The notes under the pieces: model-generated
Told to the model about the DNA's origin: nothing
Databases searched by the model: none
What the model saw: only the letters and a program-made list of their open reading frames with translations
DNA from: Candidatus Limnocylindrales bacterium
Lineage (GTDB): Bacteria; Moduliflexota; Moduliflexia; Moduliflexales; JAUQPW01
Length of the DNA: 64,000 bases
Reading direction: 5' to 3'
NCBI GenBank assembly: GCA_035559535.1
Contig: DATMBG010000004.1
Coordinates: 1 to 64,000 of the forward strand
Position numbers and translations under genes: made by a program
Shown: piece after piece, positions 55,414-64,000 of the stretch
Position numbering within the stretch: the first letter of the stretch is position 1
How the letters are laid out: each line of letters opens with the position of its first letter

Positions 55414-55921
55414 CCTCTTCCCGGAGGGTGGATCCCAGGCCATAAAGATTGGAAACCCGATCTCTATCCTCCTTACCGATACAGGAGTGAAAAGACGATT
55501 CCAGGGCACCCGGTTTGTAACTCCATCCGGGAGCTCAAGCATCTTGCCTGCTATATCCCATGAAGATAAATTTCCAGCCGTCTTCCACCCCCTCCCTTAA
55601 TGGCATTGGCTTACGACCCCTGCTTTTCCTTACATACCTTCCGGCTCCTTCAAGGCTTCAAGGAAGAACCTATAACGAAACACTCTGCAAATCCCCCCCC
55701 TGGAGGGCCATGACCTTAGGTGAAGATCCCTTCCTGACCTTCCCCTGCCAGAACTAGGAAAAGGAATCTTGCAGCCAAAATCCTTTCCCCTGCGGAGAGG
55801 GACCGGGTGGGGGACGCCTCCAGCAGAGGCTTTCGCCTTAATTTAATACCCTTGCCCTTGAGGAAGGCAGGGGAATGTTTCTTAAATTCACATTCCTGTT
55901 GTTCTTGTAAAGTTCAACGAT

Positions 55922-57565
55922 TTATTTAACAAAATTCAATCCGTGGGGAACCAGTTGTGGAAAAACGTAAGCATACATCATAACGATAAGTCCTACTATA
56001 GCTCCTAATACCACACTATGCCAGAGAACGAATCGAAAGATTTTACCCTCATTTCCGACCTGATTGGTCGCAGCAGTGGATACTACAATACTTTGAGCAT
56101 CGATCATCTTGCCCATAACCCCCCCGGCGCTGTTAGAAGCGGCCATCAAGATGGGATCCATGCCGAGTCGCTCGGCCGTAATCCTTTGAAGACTTCCAAA
56201 GAGCGCATTGGAGGCCGTATCGCTGCCGGTCAGAGCTACACCTAACCATCCCAGCATGGCACTGAAGAATGGAAATAGCCAACCGGTCCGGGTAAAAGCA
56301 AGACCCAGTACAGCATCCAGTCCGGAGTATCGTGTCACAAATCCCAGTCCCAACATCGAGGAAATGGCAATCAAGGGCATTTTCATACGCCTTGCCGTCT
56401 TTTTAAAGATCCTCCCCAGTTGGGCCGGAGAACAGCCTAATACGAATCCGGATATAATGGCCGCGATAAAGCATCCGGTGCCGGTGGCAGATAGCCAGTT
56501 GAAATCATAGATCGCCTTTTCTTTAGTTAACTTAGGGACTACCGGTGTGGTTCTGGCCACCGCTTCGTTAAGCCCTGGCCAGGGAAATACGTAGGTTACC
56601 TTATTGAGTTGCGCCTTGATGGAAGGAAGCCCCCAAATCAACACCATAATAGATAGAATGAAAAAGGGGAGCCAGGCCACCAGAACTTCTCCGGTAGTAT
56701 ATTTATGCGGAGATACTTCCATATGCCTTTCATGTTCGAAGCGCCAGAGGGTTCTCGGTTGCCAAAACCGGAGAAAAATAATCATGGCAGCCAGGGAAAC
56801 AATGGCCCCTATAATATCTACCAGGTTACTGTCCACATAGTTAGACCAGTAGAACTGGGTCGCTGCAAAGGAGACGCTGGTTACAAAAATAGCAGGGAAA
56901 ACTTCAAAGGTCTCTTGCCAGGATACCATGGTCTTTACAAGCCAGAAAGGGACGATGAGTCCGGTGATAGGGAGAATTCGACCGACCATAGCGTTCAGGT
57001 CAGACTCTGGAAGTCCGGAGACGGCTGCCAAGGTATGAACCGGGGTTCCGATGGCTCCCCAGGCTACCGGAGCCGTGTTGGCGATGAGGCAGAGGGCCGC
57101 TGCATAAAAAGGCTCAAAACCAAGCCCCACCATAAAAGCTGCCGAAATAGCTACCGGAGCTCCGAATCCGGCGGCCCCTTCAATAAAAGCCCCGAAGGAA
57201 TAAGCCACCAACAGAGCCTGTAACCTCCGATCTGCAGAAATACCTCCTACCGATTCCTTCATAATTTCAAACTTACCTGTTTCTACCGAAATATCGTAAA
57301 GATAAACCGCTGCAAAGACAATCCAGGCGATTTTGACTAAACCGAAAGCAGCACCGTAAAAAAACGTAGAAATGGATAAGTGCCAGGGCATCCCAAAGGC
57401 TACGCTGGCCGCTAAAATAGCCGTAATGGCGCCACCAAAAGCAGCCAGAGCGGCTGAAGTCCTTATGACAGCCAGTAAAAAAAATAAAACGACGACCGGT
57501 AAAGCCGCGATAACGGTGGATAAAATCCAATTATTAAAAGGATCGTAATTTTGTATCCAGGGCAT
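55922..57565 (-). CDS. L-lactate permease family transporter
   Basis: DRRLQALL, FIEGAAGFGAP, IANTAPVAWGAIG, LTGSDTASNALFG, GGVMGKMIDAQS. Confidence 0.93.
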   Translation of the reverse strand: MPWIQNYDPFNNWILSTVIAALPVVVLFFLLAVIRTSAALAAFGGAITAILAASVAFGMPWHLSISTFFYGAAFGLVKIAWIVFAAVYLYDISVETGKFEIMKESVGGISADRRLQALLVAYSFGAFIEGAAGFGAPVAISAAFMVGLGFEPFYAAALCLIANTAPVAWGAIGTPVHTLAAVSGLPESDLNAMVGRILPITGLIVPFWLVKTMVSWQETFEVFPAIFVTSVSFAATQFYWSNYVDSNLVDIIGAIVSLAAMIIFLRFWQPRTLWRFEHERHMEVSPHKYTTGEVLVAWLPFFILSIMVLIWGLPSIKAQLNKVTYVFPWPGLNEAVARTTPVVPKLTKEKAIYDFNWLSATGTGCFIAAIISGFVLGCSPAQLGRIFKKTARRMKMPLIAISSMLGLGFVTRYSGLDAVLGLAFTRTGWLFPFFSAMLGWLGVALTGSDTASNALFGSLQRITAERLGMDPILMAASNSAGGVMGKMIDAQSIVVSTAATNQVGNEGKIFRFVLWHSVVLGAIVGLIVMMYAYVFPQLVPHGLNFVK

Positions 57566-57739
57566 AGCAGGACCTCTTCGTGATCAATCCCCTGTTCCAT
57601 AAGTTCATATCGGGTTCTTCTGGGCAAGGACCAGAACCTCGTCTACTACAAAAAATCAGATACGAACTTTTGAAAGGGGTTGACGGTTAATTAAACCATT
57701 AAGAAACAAAGTGAAGGAAGACAAAGACCTTATTCGAAG

Positions 57740-58174
57740 CTAAGGGATGTCTTCAGGAGAAGGAATTTTACGGATAATGCTACAAGTATTGGAACTTATG
57801 GAGGAAATAACCAATCGGGGAGGTAGAAAAGGCGGGATATTTAAGCTGATAGATAAGATAATCGTTGGAACAGATAACCCGACCAGGTTTGTGAAAGCCG
57901 TCAATTTCCTTTGTACGGAAGGTTGGCGAATAGGATTTTTTTTCTCTTTCCATAACGACGGGAGTAATTCATGATCTTCTATGGAAGACATATAGTAAAA
58001 CAAGCTTTGGGGGAAAAAGAGAATATCCTTCTCAAAGGATAATTTGAAATAAAAATAAGTAAGGGAATCTAACGAGTCCTCTATTCTTTCTATAAAAAGA
58101 AAGAAAAGGTTTCCCAGGGCAAGCAAGGATACGATTAATGGAATGATAAGAAAGTTGACCCTTCTATCCCTCAT
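57740..58174 (-). CDS. Hypothetical protein (doubtful)
   Basis: 144-aa ORF with N-terminal hydrophobic stretch; no recognisable motif. Confidence 0.3.
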   Translation of the reverse strand: MRDRRVNFLIIPLIVSLLALGNLFFLFIERIEDSLDSLTYFYFKLSFEKDILFFPQSLFYYMSSIEDHELLPSLWKEKKNPIRQPSVQRKLTAFTNLVGLSVPTIILSISLNIPPFLPPRLVISSISSNTCSIIRKIPSPEDIP

Positions 58175-58610
58175 TTTAAATAATCAGGAACCGATTTTCC
58201 CCTCTTACATAAAAAACTGACCCCTACAGGTTTATCAACGAGTATAAAGTAAAGTCTACCCCTCCATGCAAGCAAGTGAGACAAAGAAATTTGTTGACAA
58301 AAATTCTATCGGCCAACTAAAGTCAGTTTAGACCCACAAGACCACAATAAATACTATATTTTGCCGTTTTTAACTCTTAATCTCTGAGGGATTACGAAGA
58401 ACTATGAAAAGCAGGGGAGTATGGGAGAGTTTATGCCTGTACTTTCCTAATCTCCTGTTTTTATACTCTTTGCGGACAAACCAAATCCACAGCGAAGATT
58501 TAATGCAGATATCGATAACTAAAAAGAAGTCCTTAAAAGTAACGGGAACTTATAGAGCCAAAAATAAGGTTCGAGTTCTTTTGTTTATTTGAGAGGGCAA
58601 AACTTCTATT

Positions 58611-60089
58611 ATGGCTAAAGAAGATAAGGGAATTACCGAACAAATCAGACCGGTTGAAGCCGGAGAATTACCCCCTTATGAAGTAGCCGAATTACCCGCT
58701 CCTCCGCCCTTCGGTTTGAAGGGTATTTTAGAGGTTATAGGACCGGGGGCTATTATCCTAGGAGCTTCCATTGGAAGTGGAGAGTGGCTGGTAGGTCCTG
58801 CTGCTACCGTAAAATACGGGGTAGAACTTATCTGGATCACAACGGTCGCTTCTATCTTACAGGGGCTTTTCAATATGGAAGCTATACGGTATACCTTGTA
58901 CACTGGAGAGCCTATTTACACCGGTTTCATGCGACTAAAACCGGGTAAATTTTGGGGGGTTTTTTACACCATCTTAGGCTTTTTCCAAATTGGGTGGCCG
59001 GGATGGGCTTTGTCTGCGGCAACAGCATTGGCAGCCATTGCCTTGGGTAGAGCTCCAGGGAAAGAAGATAGTGGAACGGTTCTATTTTGGGGCTATGTAA
59101 CCTTTTTTATTGTTATTATTACTTTAGCCGTAGGAGGAAAAATAGAAAAGACCCTTGAAAAAGTCTCCTGGTTTTTTCTGTTCATGATTTTTGCCTTTTT
59201 GCTTGCGGTCAATCTCCTGGTTGCTGCCCCGCGTGCCCAGTTGGGAGAGACTTTTTTATCCCTATTCAAATTCGGGACGATTCCACCTGGTGCAGATTGG
59301 GTTTTATTGGGGGCCTTTGCAGCTTACTCTGCAGCAGGAGGTGTTATAAACTGTGCTATCACCAACTGGTTTCGGGATAAAGGTTTTGGAATGGGAGGTG
59401 TTGTCGGTTTTATCCCGGGGGCCGTAGGGGGAAGAAGGATTAATCTTTCTCCCTTTGGTAAAATCTTCAGAATCACTCCCGAAAATCTCCGCAAATGGAA
59501 CGATTGGTGGAAATATGCCACTACCGATCAATGGGTTATCTTCGTCGGAGGTTCCTTAATGGGAATGTTTTTAACCATCAATATGGCTACCGCCTTAATT
59601 CCTAGAGGTACGGAAATAGGAGGCTGGTCGGTCGCCAACTTCCAGGCTGTCGAACTGGCAAAGATCGGTGGAAAAATCCTTTGGATTCTGACGGCTTTGA
59701 ACGGGTTCTGGATTCTCTTCAGTACCCAACTATCGGTTTCCGATGGCTATATCCGCCAATCCACAGACGCTCTCTGGGTGAGTGATCGTGTTAGAAGATG
59801 GTGCCGGGGAGATGTTCGGATTTTGTACTATGCCCTCCTCGCCCTTTTCACCCTTTGGGGATGTATCGCCATCAATTTGGCCCAACCTTTCATTTTAATT
59901 TTGATCGGAGCGAACACAGCCGGACTTGTATTTGTTATTGCTTCGATCCATATCCTTCTGGTTAATAGAAAGCTCTTACCTAAAGAGCTCAGACCCCCCC
60001 TGTGGCGAGAAATAGGGGTTTTATTCTGTGCTCTTTTTTATGGCTTTTTCGTAACGATGTTGGCAGGTAGACAGGCCGGATTATGGTAA
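58611..60089 (+). CDS. Nramp-like (APC superfamily) transporter
   Basis: IGPGAII.GASIGSGEW, RYTLYTGE, about 11 TM helices, LLPKELRP. Confidence 0.8.
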   Translation: MAKEDKGITEQIRPVEAGELPPYEVAELPAPPPFGLKGILEVIGPGAIILGASIGSGEWLVGPAATVKYGVELIWITTVASILQGLFNMEAIRYTLYTGEPIYTGFMRLKPGKFWGVFYTILGFFQIGWPGWALSAATALAAIALGRAPGKEDSGTVLFWGYVTFFIVIITLAVGGKIEKTLEKVSWFFLFMIFAFLLAVNLLVAAPRAQLGETFLSLFKFGTIPPGADWVLLGAFAAYSAAGGVINCAITNWFRDKGFGMGGVVGFIPGAVGGRRINLSPFGKIFRITPENLRKWNDWWKYATTDQWVIFVGGSLMGMFLTINMATALIPRGTEIGGWSVANFQAVELAKIGGKILWILTALNGFWILFSTQLSVSDGYIRQSTDALWVSDRVRRWCRGDVRILYYALLALFTLWGCIAINLAQPFILILIGANTAGLVFVIASIHILLVNRKLLPKELRPPLWREIGVLFCALFYGFFVTMLAGRQAGLW

Positions 60090-60482
60090 ATGAAGGGGGT
60101 AAAAGGTAACAGGCAAGAGCAGGTCCGGGCCATTCTAGAATTTTCCAAAAAACCCGTATCGCTGGATATGCCGACGGTAGAAGACGAAAACGCCACGTTA
60201 ATGAACCTCATCGCCAGCAAGGAAAGCCCGGCCCCGGACAAAGCCGTCGTTGATCAAACCCTTATTGAGGAACTCCAGGAACTTTTAGACGAACTGGACC
60301 CTCGAGGAGCCCTGATTTTGCGGTTACGTTTTGGCATCGATGGAGAAGGTCCCCTGATGTTAGAAGAGATCGGAAAGCGTTTAAACCTGAGTCGGGAGAG
60401 GGTTTGGCAGCTTGAAAAACGGGCCAAGGCCAGGCTGAGGAAACTGGCCAACGCCAGAAGTCTGGGGGATTATTTAAATTAA
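60090..60482 (+). pseudogene. C-terminal fragment (regions 3.2-4) of a group 1/2 sigma-70 factor
   Basis: PVSLDMP, ILRLRFGI, LEEIGKRLNLSRERVWQLEKRA; no region 2; starts immediately after the upstream stop codon. Confidence 0.7.
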
Positions 60483-60568
60483 TTTTTCTCTCTTACTCGT
60501 GCTATTCGCAAACGTATTAAGTAATTGACAGGGCCAAAGTGTTATATTAAATTTCATGTAATGAATAG

Positions 60569-60716
60569 CTATACTTTTGCAAAAATATCCTTCTGAGAAT
60601 AGAAAATCCCGAATTTTCAACCTCCTCCGGCCCCTCCTTGCTAGGGAGGGGCGCTTTTAAGTCTCCCCTTGGTAAGGAGAGATTTAGAGGGGTGACAAAA
60701 AACGGCAAAAGTATAG
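60569..60716. mobile_element. MITE-like element (148 bp)
   Basis: Perfect 12-bp TIRs CTATACTTTTGC/GCAAAAGTATAG, 7-bp flanking duplication TGAATAG (60562-60568, 60717-60723), two internal GC-rich hairpins. Confidence 0.85.
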
Positions 60717-60772
60717 TGAATAGTTTAATTCGATAAAGAGAAAGTTAGATCTGAATACAGGAGTGTTATTTA

Positions 60773-61840
60773 ATGGCTTTTACCATTCAAGAATATCTGG
60801 ACTTAGTACGACTTCTGGGTGAACATCCAGAATGGCGTTCGGAACTGCGACGTTTGCTCCTGTCCGATGACCTACTGGCCTTGCCGGAGATTGTTCGTGC
60901 ATTAGCTGAAGCGCAGCAGCGGACTGAAGAACAATTAAGAGCTTTAGCCGAGGCCCAGCGGCGGACTGACGAACGCCTGGAAGCTTTAACGGAAGCCCAA
61001 AGACGAACCGAAGTGCGCCTGGAAGCATTAGCCGAGGCGCAGCAGCGGACTGAAGAACAATTAAGAGCTTTAGCCGAGGCCCAGCGGCGGACTGAGGAGC
61101 GGTTGGAAGCTTTAGCGGCGGCTCAGCAGCGAAGTGAGGAGCGGCTGGAACGTCTGGAAGCGATCGTGCGGGAATTAGCCGAGGCCCAGCGACGGACTGA
61201 GGAGCGGCTGGAAGCATTAGCCGAGGCCCAGCGACGGACTGACGAACGCCTGGAAGCTTTAACGGAAGCCCAAAGACGAACCGAAGTGCGCCTGGAAGCA
61301 TTAGCCGAGGCCCAGCGGCGGACTGAGGAGCGGCTGGAACGTCTGGAAGCGGTTGTACATGAACTGGTGGAGGTGCAACGACGAACGGTGGATACAGTGG
61401 GCGATCTTAAAGGCCGTATGCTGGAAATCACCTATCGTGAAAAAGCCGGGGCTTACTTCGGTCTCCTGCTGAAACGCGTTCAGGTGGTTATGCCTCAAAC
61501 CCTGGAAGAAGTACTGGAAGCCCATTTATCGCCTGAAGCATTCAAAGAATTACTGCTTCTGGACTTATTGATTAACGGTCAGCCTCGCTATCATCCCGAT
61601 ATACCGGAAGTGTGGCTGGCAGTGGAAATCTCTGCTGTCGTGGATCAGCAAGATGTAACCCGTGCCCGACAGCGAGCCTTGCTGCTACGTCAGGCCGGCT
61701 ATCGCGTTATTCCTGTTGTTGCCGGAGAGCGAACCACCCTTGGGGCGGAAGATGAAGCGCGTTTTCATAAAGTGGCCATACTGCAGGATGGGCGTACCTA
61801 CCTTTGGGAAGAAGCTTTACAGGCCTGGGCCGCTCAATAA
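60773..61840 (+). CDS. Coiled-coil 14-aa-repeat protein with possible C-terminal PD-(D/E)XK-like domain
   Basis: About 10 copies of AEAQRRTEERLEAL; C-terminal LDLL..G...WLAVEIS..DVTRA; RBS AGGAG. Confidence 0.85.
   Translation: MAFTIQEYLDLVRLLGEHPEWRSELRRLLLSDDLLALPEIVRALAEAQQRTEEQLRALAEAQRRTDERLEALTEAQRRTEVRLEALAEAQQRTEEQLRALAEAQRRTEERLEALAAAQQRSEERLERLEAIVRELAEAQRRTEERLEALAEAQRRTDERLEALTEAQRRTEVRLEALAEAQRRTEERLERLEAVVHELVEVQRRTVDTVGDLKGRMLEITYREKAGAYFGLLLKRVQVVMPQTLEEVLEAHLSPEAFKELLLLDLLINGQPRYHPDIPEVWLAVEISAVVDQQDVTRARQRALLLRQAGYRVIPVVAGERTTLGAEDEARFHKVAILQDGRTYLWEEALQAWAAQ
60901..61345 (+). repeat. Intragenic 42-bp tandem repeat array
   Basis: Near-identical TTAGCCGAGGCCCAGCGRCGGACTGA units with longer blocks duplicated. 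Confidence 0.9.
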
Positions 61841-61863
61841 TAGGGAAGACTGGCTGGTCGCCC

Positions 61864-62967
61864 TCATGTACCAACTACTTTCCTTAAAAACTTAATCACC
61901 CGCTCTTTGGTCCGATCCTCCTCCGGAATGGTCTCCCACAGATGCTCAAAATCGAGAAAGAACCGCAACACCGTATATTCATCCGACCAGAGGAAATAGC
62001 GAGGCCCCCACGGCAGGCACGGGTACTTTTCACAGTTATCTAAAGGAGATCGCACCATAGCCCCGACCGTGCTCTTGATCTTCAACTCAAAATAAGGAAA
62101 GGTCTCTATCAGACCCACCTGATAATGTTCATAACTCTCCAGCAAGGTGATCCAGTGCTCAATCTGCTTCTTCCGCTGCTCCCACTGGGTGCGGGACAGG
62201 TGCTTCTCCCTCAGGTAATTTTTCAAAACCGATTTCGAATGAATGCTTCGTTCGCCATACGTCGCCAGGTTAAAGAGAAATCCCTCTAATCGTTGTTCGT
62301 TCATCGCCAGCCATCTCTGTCGCCCCTTTTTGCTGATAATTGGAAATCGGATAAGCTCCCCGCTGGCGTGCAGTTCCGGGGGGTGAACCAGATGCGAGGG
62401 GTGTTGGATGATCATAAAAGACTGGCCGGGTTCCTGCTCCATACGGAGAAGTTCGGCATAGGCCTCCAGCTCTTCGTGCTCACCGCCCGAAGGGATCACC
62501 TTAACCGGCTGTCTCTTTATCCTGTCTGATCTGGCATAATCGGTAAGTATCTTTTCCAGTTGCTGGAGCACCAGGTGGCGAAGTTCCGCAAACGTATAGT
62601 TCTTAGGGGTAGCTTCAGGCAGGTAACCCCGGATGTACCGCCGGATCTCTTCTTCGGTAAGGGGTTGGCCGTCGTAGAGCCACAGGATGGGATCTATGCA
62701 CTCCTGTTGAAGTTCCAGTCCCCAGGTAAGGACCTTGATAAGTTCTTCCCGGTTTGGGCATCGTTTGGGATCTTTGAACGATGTGGCCAGGTTCTCGAGG
62801 TTACTGATGGTCGGTTGACAAACATACGCTCTTTGAGCGAGCACCGTCTGTTTGATTCCCACCTCACCCGTTTCTGGAATACGACAGGTTTCCCGGGCCC
62901 ATCTGACCAGCTTTTCGATGATCCGATACCGGTCTATCTTTGCCGGATACAGGCGAGGAAGTGACAT
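61864..62967 (-). CDS. XRE-family HTH protein with large uncharacterised C-terminal domain
   Basis: KQTVLAQRAYVCQPTISNLE HTH; C-terminal FEHLWE; start placed at ATG 62967. Confidence 0.7.
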   Translation of the reverse strand: MSLPRLYPAKIDRYRIIEKLVRWARETCRIPETGEVGIKQTVLAQRAYVCQPTISNLENLATSFKDPKRCPNREELIKVLTWGLELQQECIDPILWLYDGQPLTEEEIRRYIRGYLPEATPKNYTFAELRHLVLQQLEKILTDYARSDRIKRQPVKVIPSGGEHEELEAYAELLRMEQEPGQSFMIIQHPSHLVHPPELHASGELIRFPIISKKGRQRWLAMNEQRLEGFLFNLATYGERSIHSKSVLKNYLREKHLSRTQWEQRKKQIEHWITLLESYEHYQVGLIETFPYFELKIKSTVGAMVRSPLDNCEKYPCLPWGPRYFLWSDEYTVLRFFLDFEHLWETIPEEDRTKERVIKFLRKVVGT

Positions 62968-63367
62968 GGCTTTCTTCAGATTAAGGCTTAAAAGATACCA
63001 TTTCACTTTTTTTCATTTTTTTAAGCGTAAACAGGTTTTACCCTGAGAGAGAAAATTCGTCAACAAAAAAATGAGTTAACCGTGCCCATCCTTACCGCTT
63101 GCGGATGGGTTACCGATAGGCCCGGGAACTACTTCTGATTGACGCCCTTTGGACCCATCCTTTTAGGTGAAGATAAAAGCAATTATATTAGCTTATAATA
63201 ATTTTGGAATTTATTTAACTTGCGATAAAAAACAAGTCGATTTAAGGTAATTGTGAATTTATAATCTGTTCGGTCTCAGGATGGCCTAAGGTAAGGTAAA
63301 AATCAGGCTACTAACTATTGAGAGCCTTGACTCAGTAGGATAGTAAATAGGTGAGAGGGTTTTACCC

Positions 63368-63913
63368 ATGAAAGGTGTAAAGGATTTGTCGAAGGCTGGC
63401 CGGGTCTTCCTTTTTGGATTCCTGATAGGGTTTCTGTTTTTTCAGGATCCGGTTTGGGGTCAGGTCCTATTTGGAGCGCAAGTGAGTGTTGCGGATGATG
63501 TCGACGTTGGGGTAGGAGTCCGTGTTGTCTGGGATTTGGCCCAATATCAAAAAGGGCTCGGGGTAATAGGATCTTTCGATTATTTCTTTCCCGGTGGTGA
63601 GTCTCCTTTTTTTCCGGTTGCCACTGGGGATTTGAGCTATTTTGAAGTCAATGCAAATTTGACTTATACGTTTGAAACAGGCAGAAACATAGCGCCTTAT
63701 GTGGGGGGAGGTCTGAATATCGCCCATGCGTCCATCGAATTCGTGGGTGTAGAGGCTGTAGAGGCTTCAGACACCGAAGTGGGGGTCAATTTTCTCGGAG
63801 GGGTGATGTTCAACCTAGCGGGAAGGTTGATGCCGTTTGCAGAGCTCCGGATCGAAGCTAACGGGGGCGAGCAGTTTATGGTTACAGGAGGTATCCTCTT
63901 CCCGATCCGATAG
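63368..63913 (+). CDS. Outer-membrane beta-barrel protein (OmpA/OmpW-like 8-strand)
   Basis: Signal peptide, amphipathic strands, PYVGGGL, C-terminal GGILF. Confidence 0.82.
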   Translation: MKGVKDLSKAGRVFLFGFLIGFLFFQDPVWGQVLFGAQVSVADDVDVGVGVRVVWDLAQYQKGLGVIGSFDYFFPGGESPFFPVATGDLSYFEVNANLTYTFETGRNIAPYVGGGLNIAHASIEFVGVEAVEASDTEVGVNFLGGVMFNLAGRLMPFAELRIEANGGEQFMVTGGILFPIR

Positions 63914-64000
63914 TCGTTTAAAAATTTTAATCCCATAAGTTCATTCCGCGTAAGGAGGCCATAGTTTAGTTAATTGTGTAGAGCCTTTGCGCCCTTATCC

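Noticed and set aside
55414-55900. 6S, SRP, tmRNA or RNase P RNA
   Set aside because: Signature motifs of these RNAs were not recognisable on either strand
60780-61525. Antisense ORFs over the repeat gene
   Set aside because: Open only because of the stop-poor 42-bp repeats

Overview
Bacterial chromosomal window from a diderm of unidentified lineage (outer-membrane beta-barrel, Wzc-type export, sigma-54 promoters; moderately AT-rich by eye). 1-35.7 kb: a large, mostly minus-strand exopolysaccharide/glycan cluster whose gene set resembles PEP-CTERM/exosortase-A-associated EPS loci (priming transferase, chain-length determinant, tyrosine kinase, ExeA-like ATPase, FemAB-like protein, GT4s, O-antigen-ligase-like protein, flippase). 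It also carries an acyl-ligase/ACP/PLP-decarboxylase/2xGNAT tailoring module and three asparagine-synthetase-like paralogs. It is preceded by a sigma-54 promoter and a degenerate FHA-GAF-AAA+ enhancer-binding protein. A long secreted beta-helix/FN3/propeller ORF missing from the ORF track runs off the left edge. 37-42 kb: an Fe-S/HEAT/cNMP membrane protein and cobC-cobU-cobS. 42.4-48.7 kb is the most unusual locus: a CstA-family transporter, two Cys-free ArsA/Get3-like ATPases (one with a natural switch-I Asp->Asn), two paralogous small proteins and three uncharacterised proteins, one reminiscent of CCDC47/DUF1682. 48.8-64 kb: CoA-transferase pair, HEAT protein, tpiA-secG-SEC-C gene, ferredoxin, FabL-like SDR, lactate permease, Nramp-like transporter, a sigma-70 fragment, a 14-aa-repeat coiled-coil protein, an XRE regulator and an OM beta-barrel. 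Non-coding elements include two MITEs with target-site duplications, inverted heptamer/octamer repeat hairpins and two candidate GGA-rich sRNAs. All family calls come from motif recognition by eye; no database searches were run.
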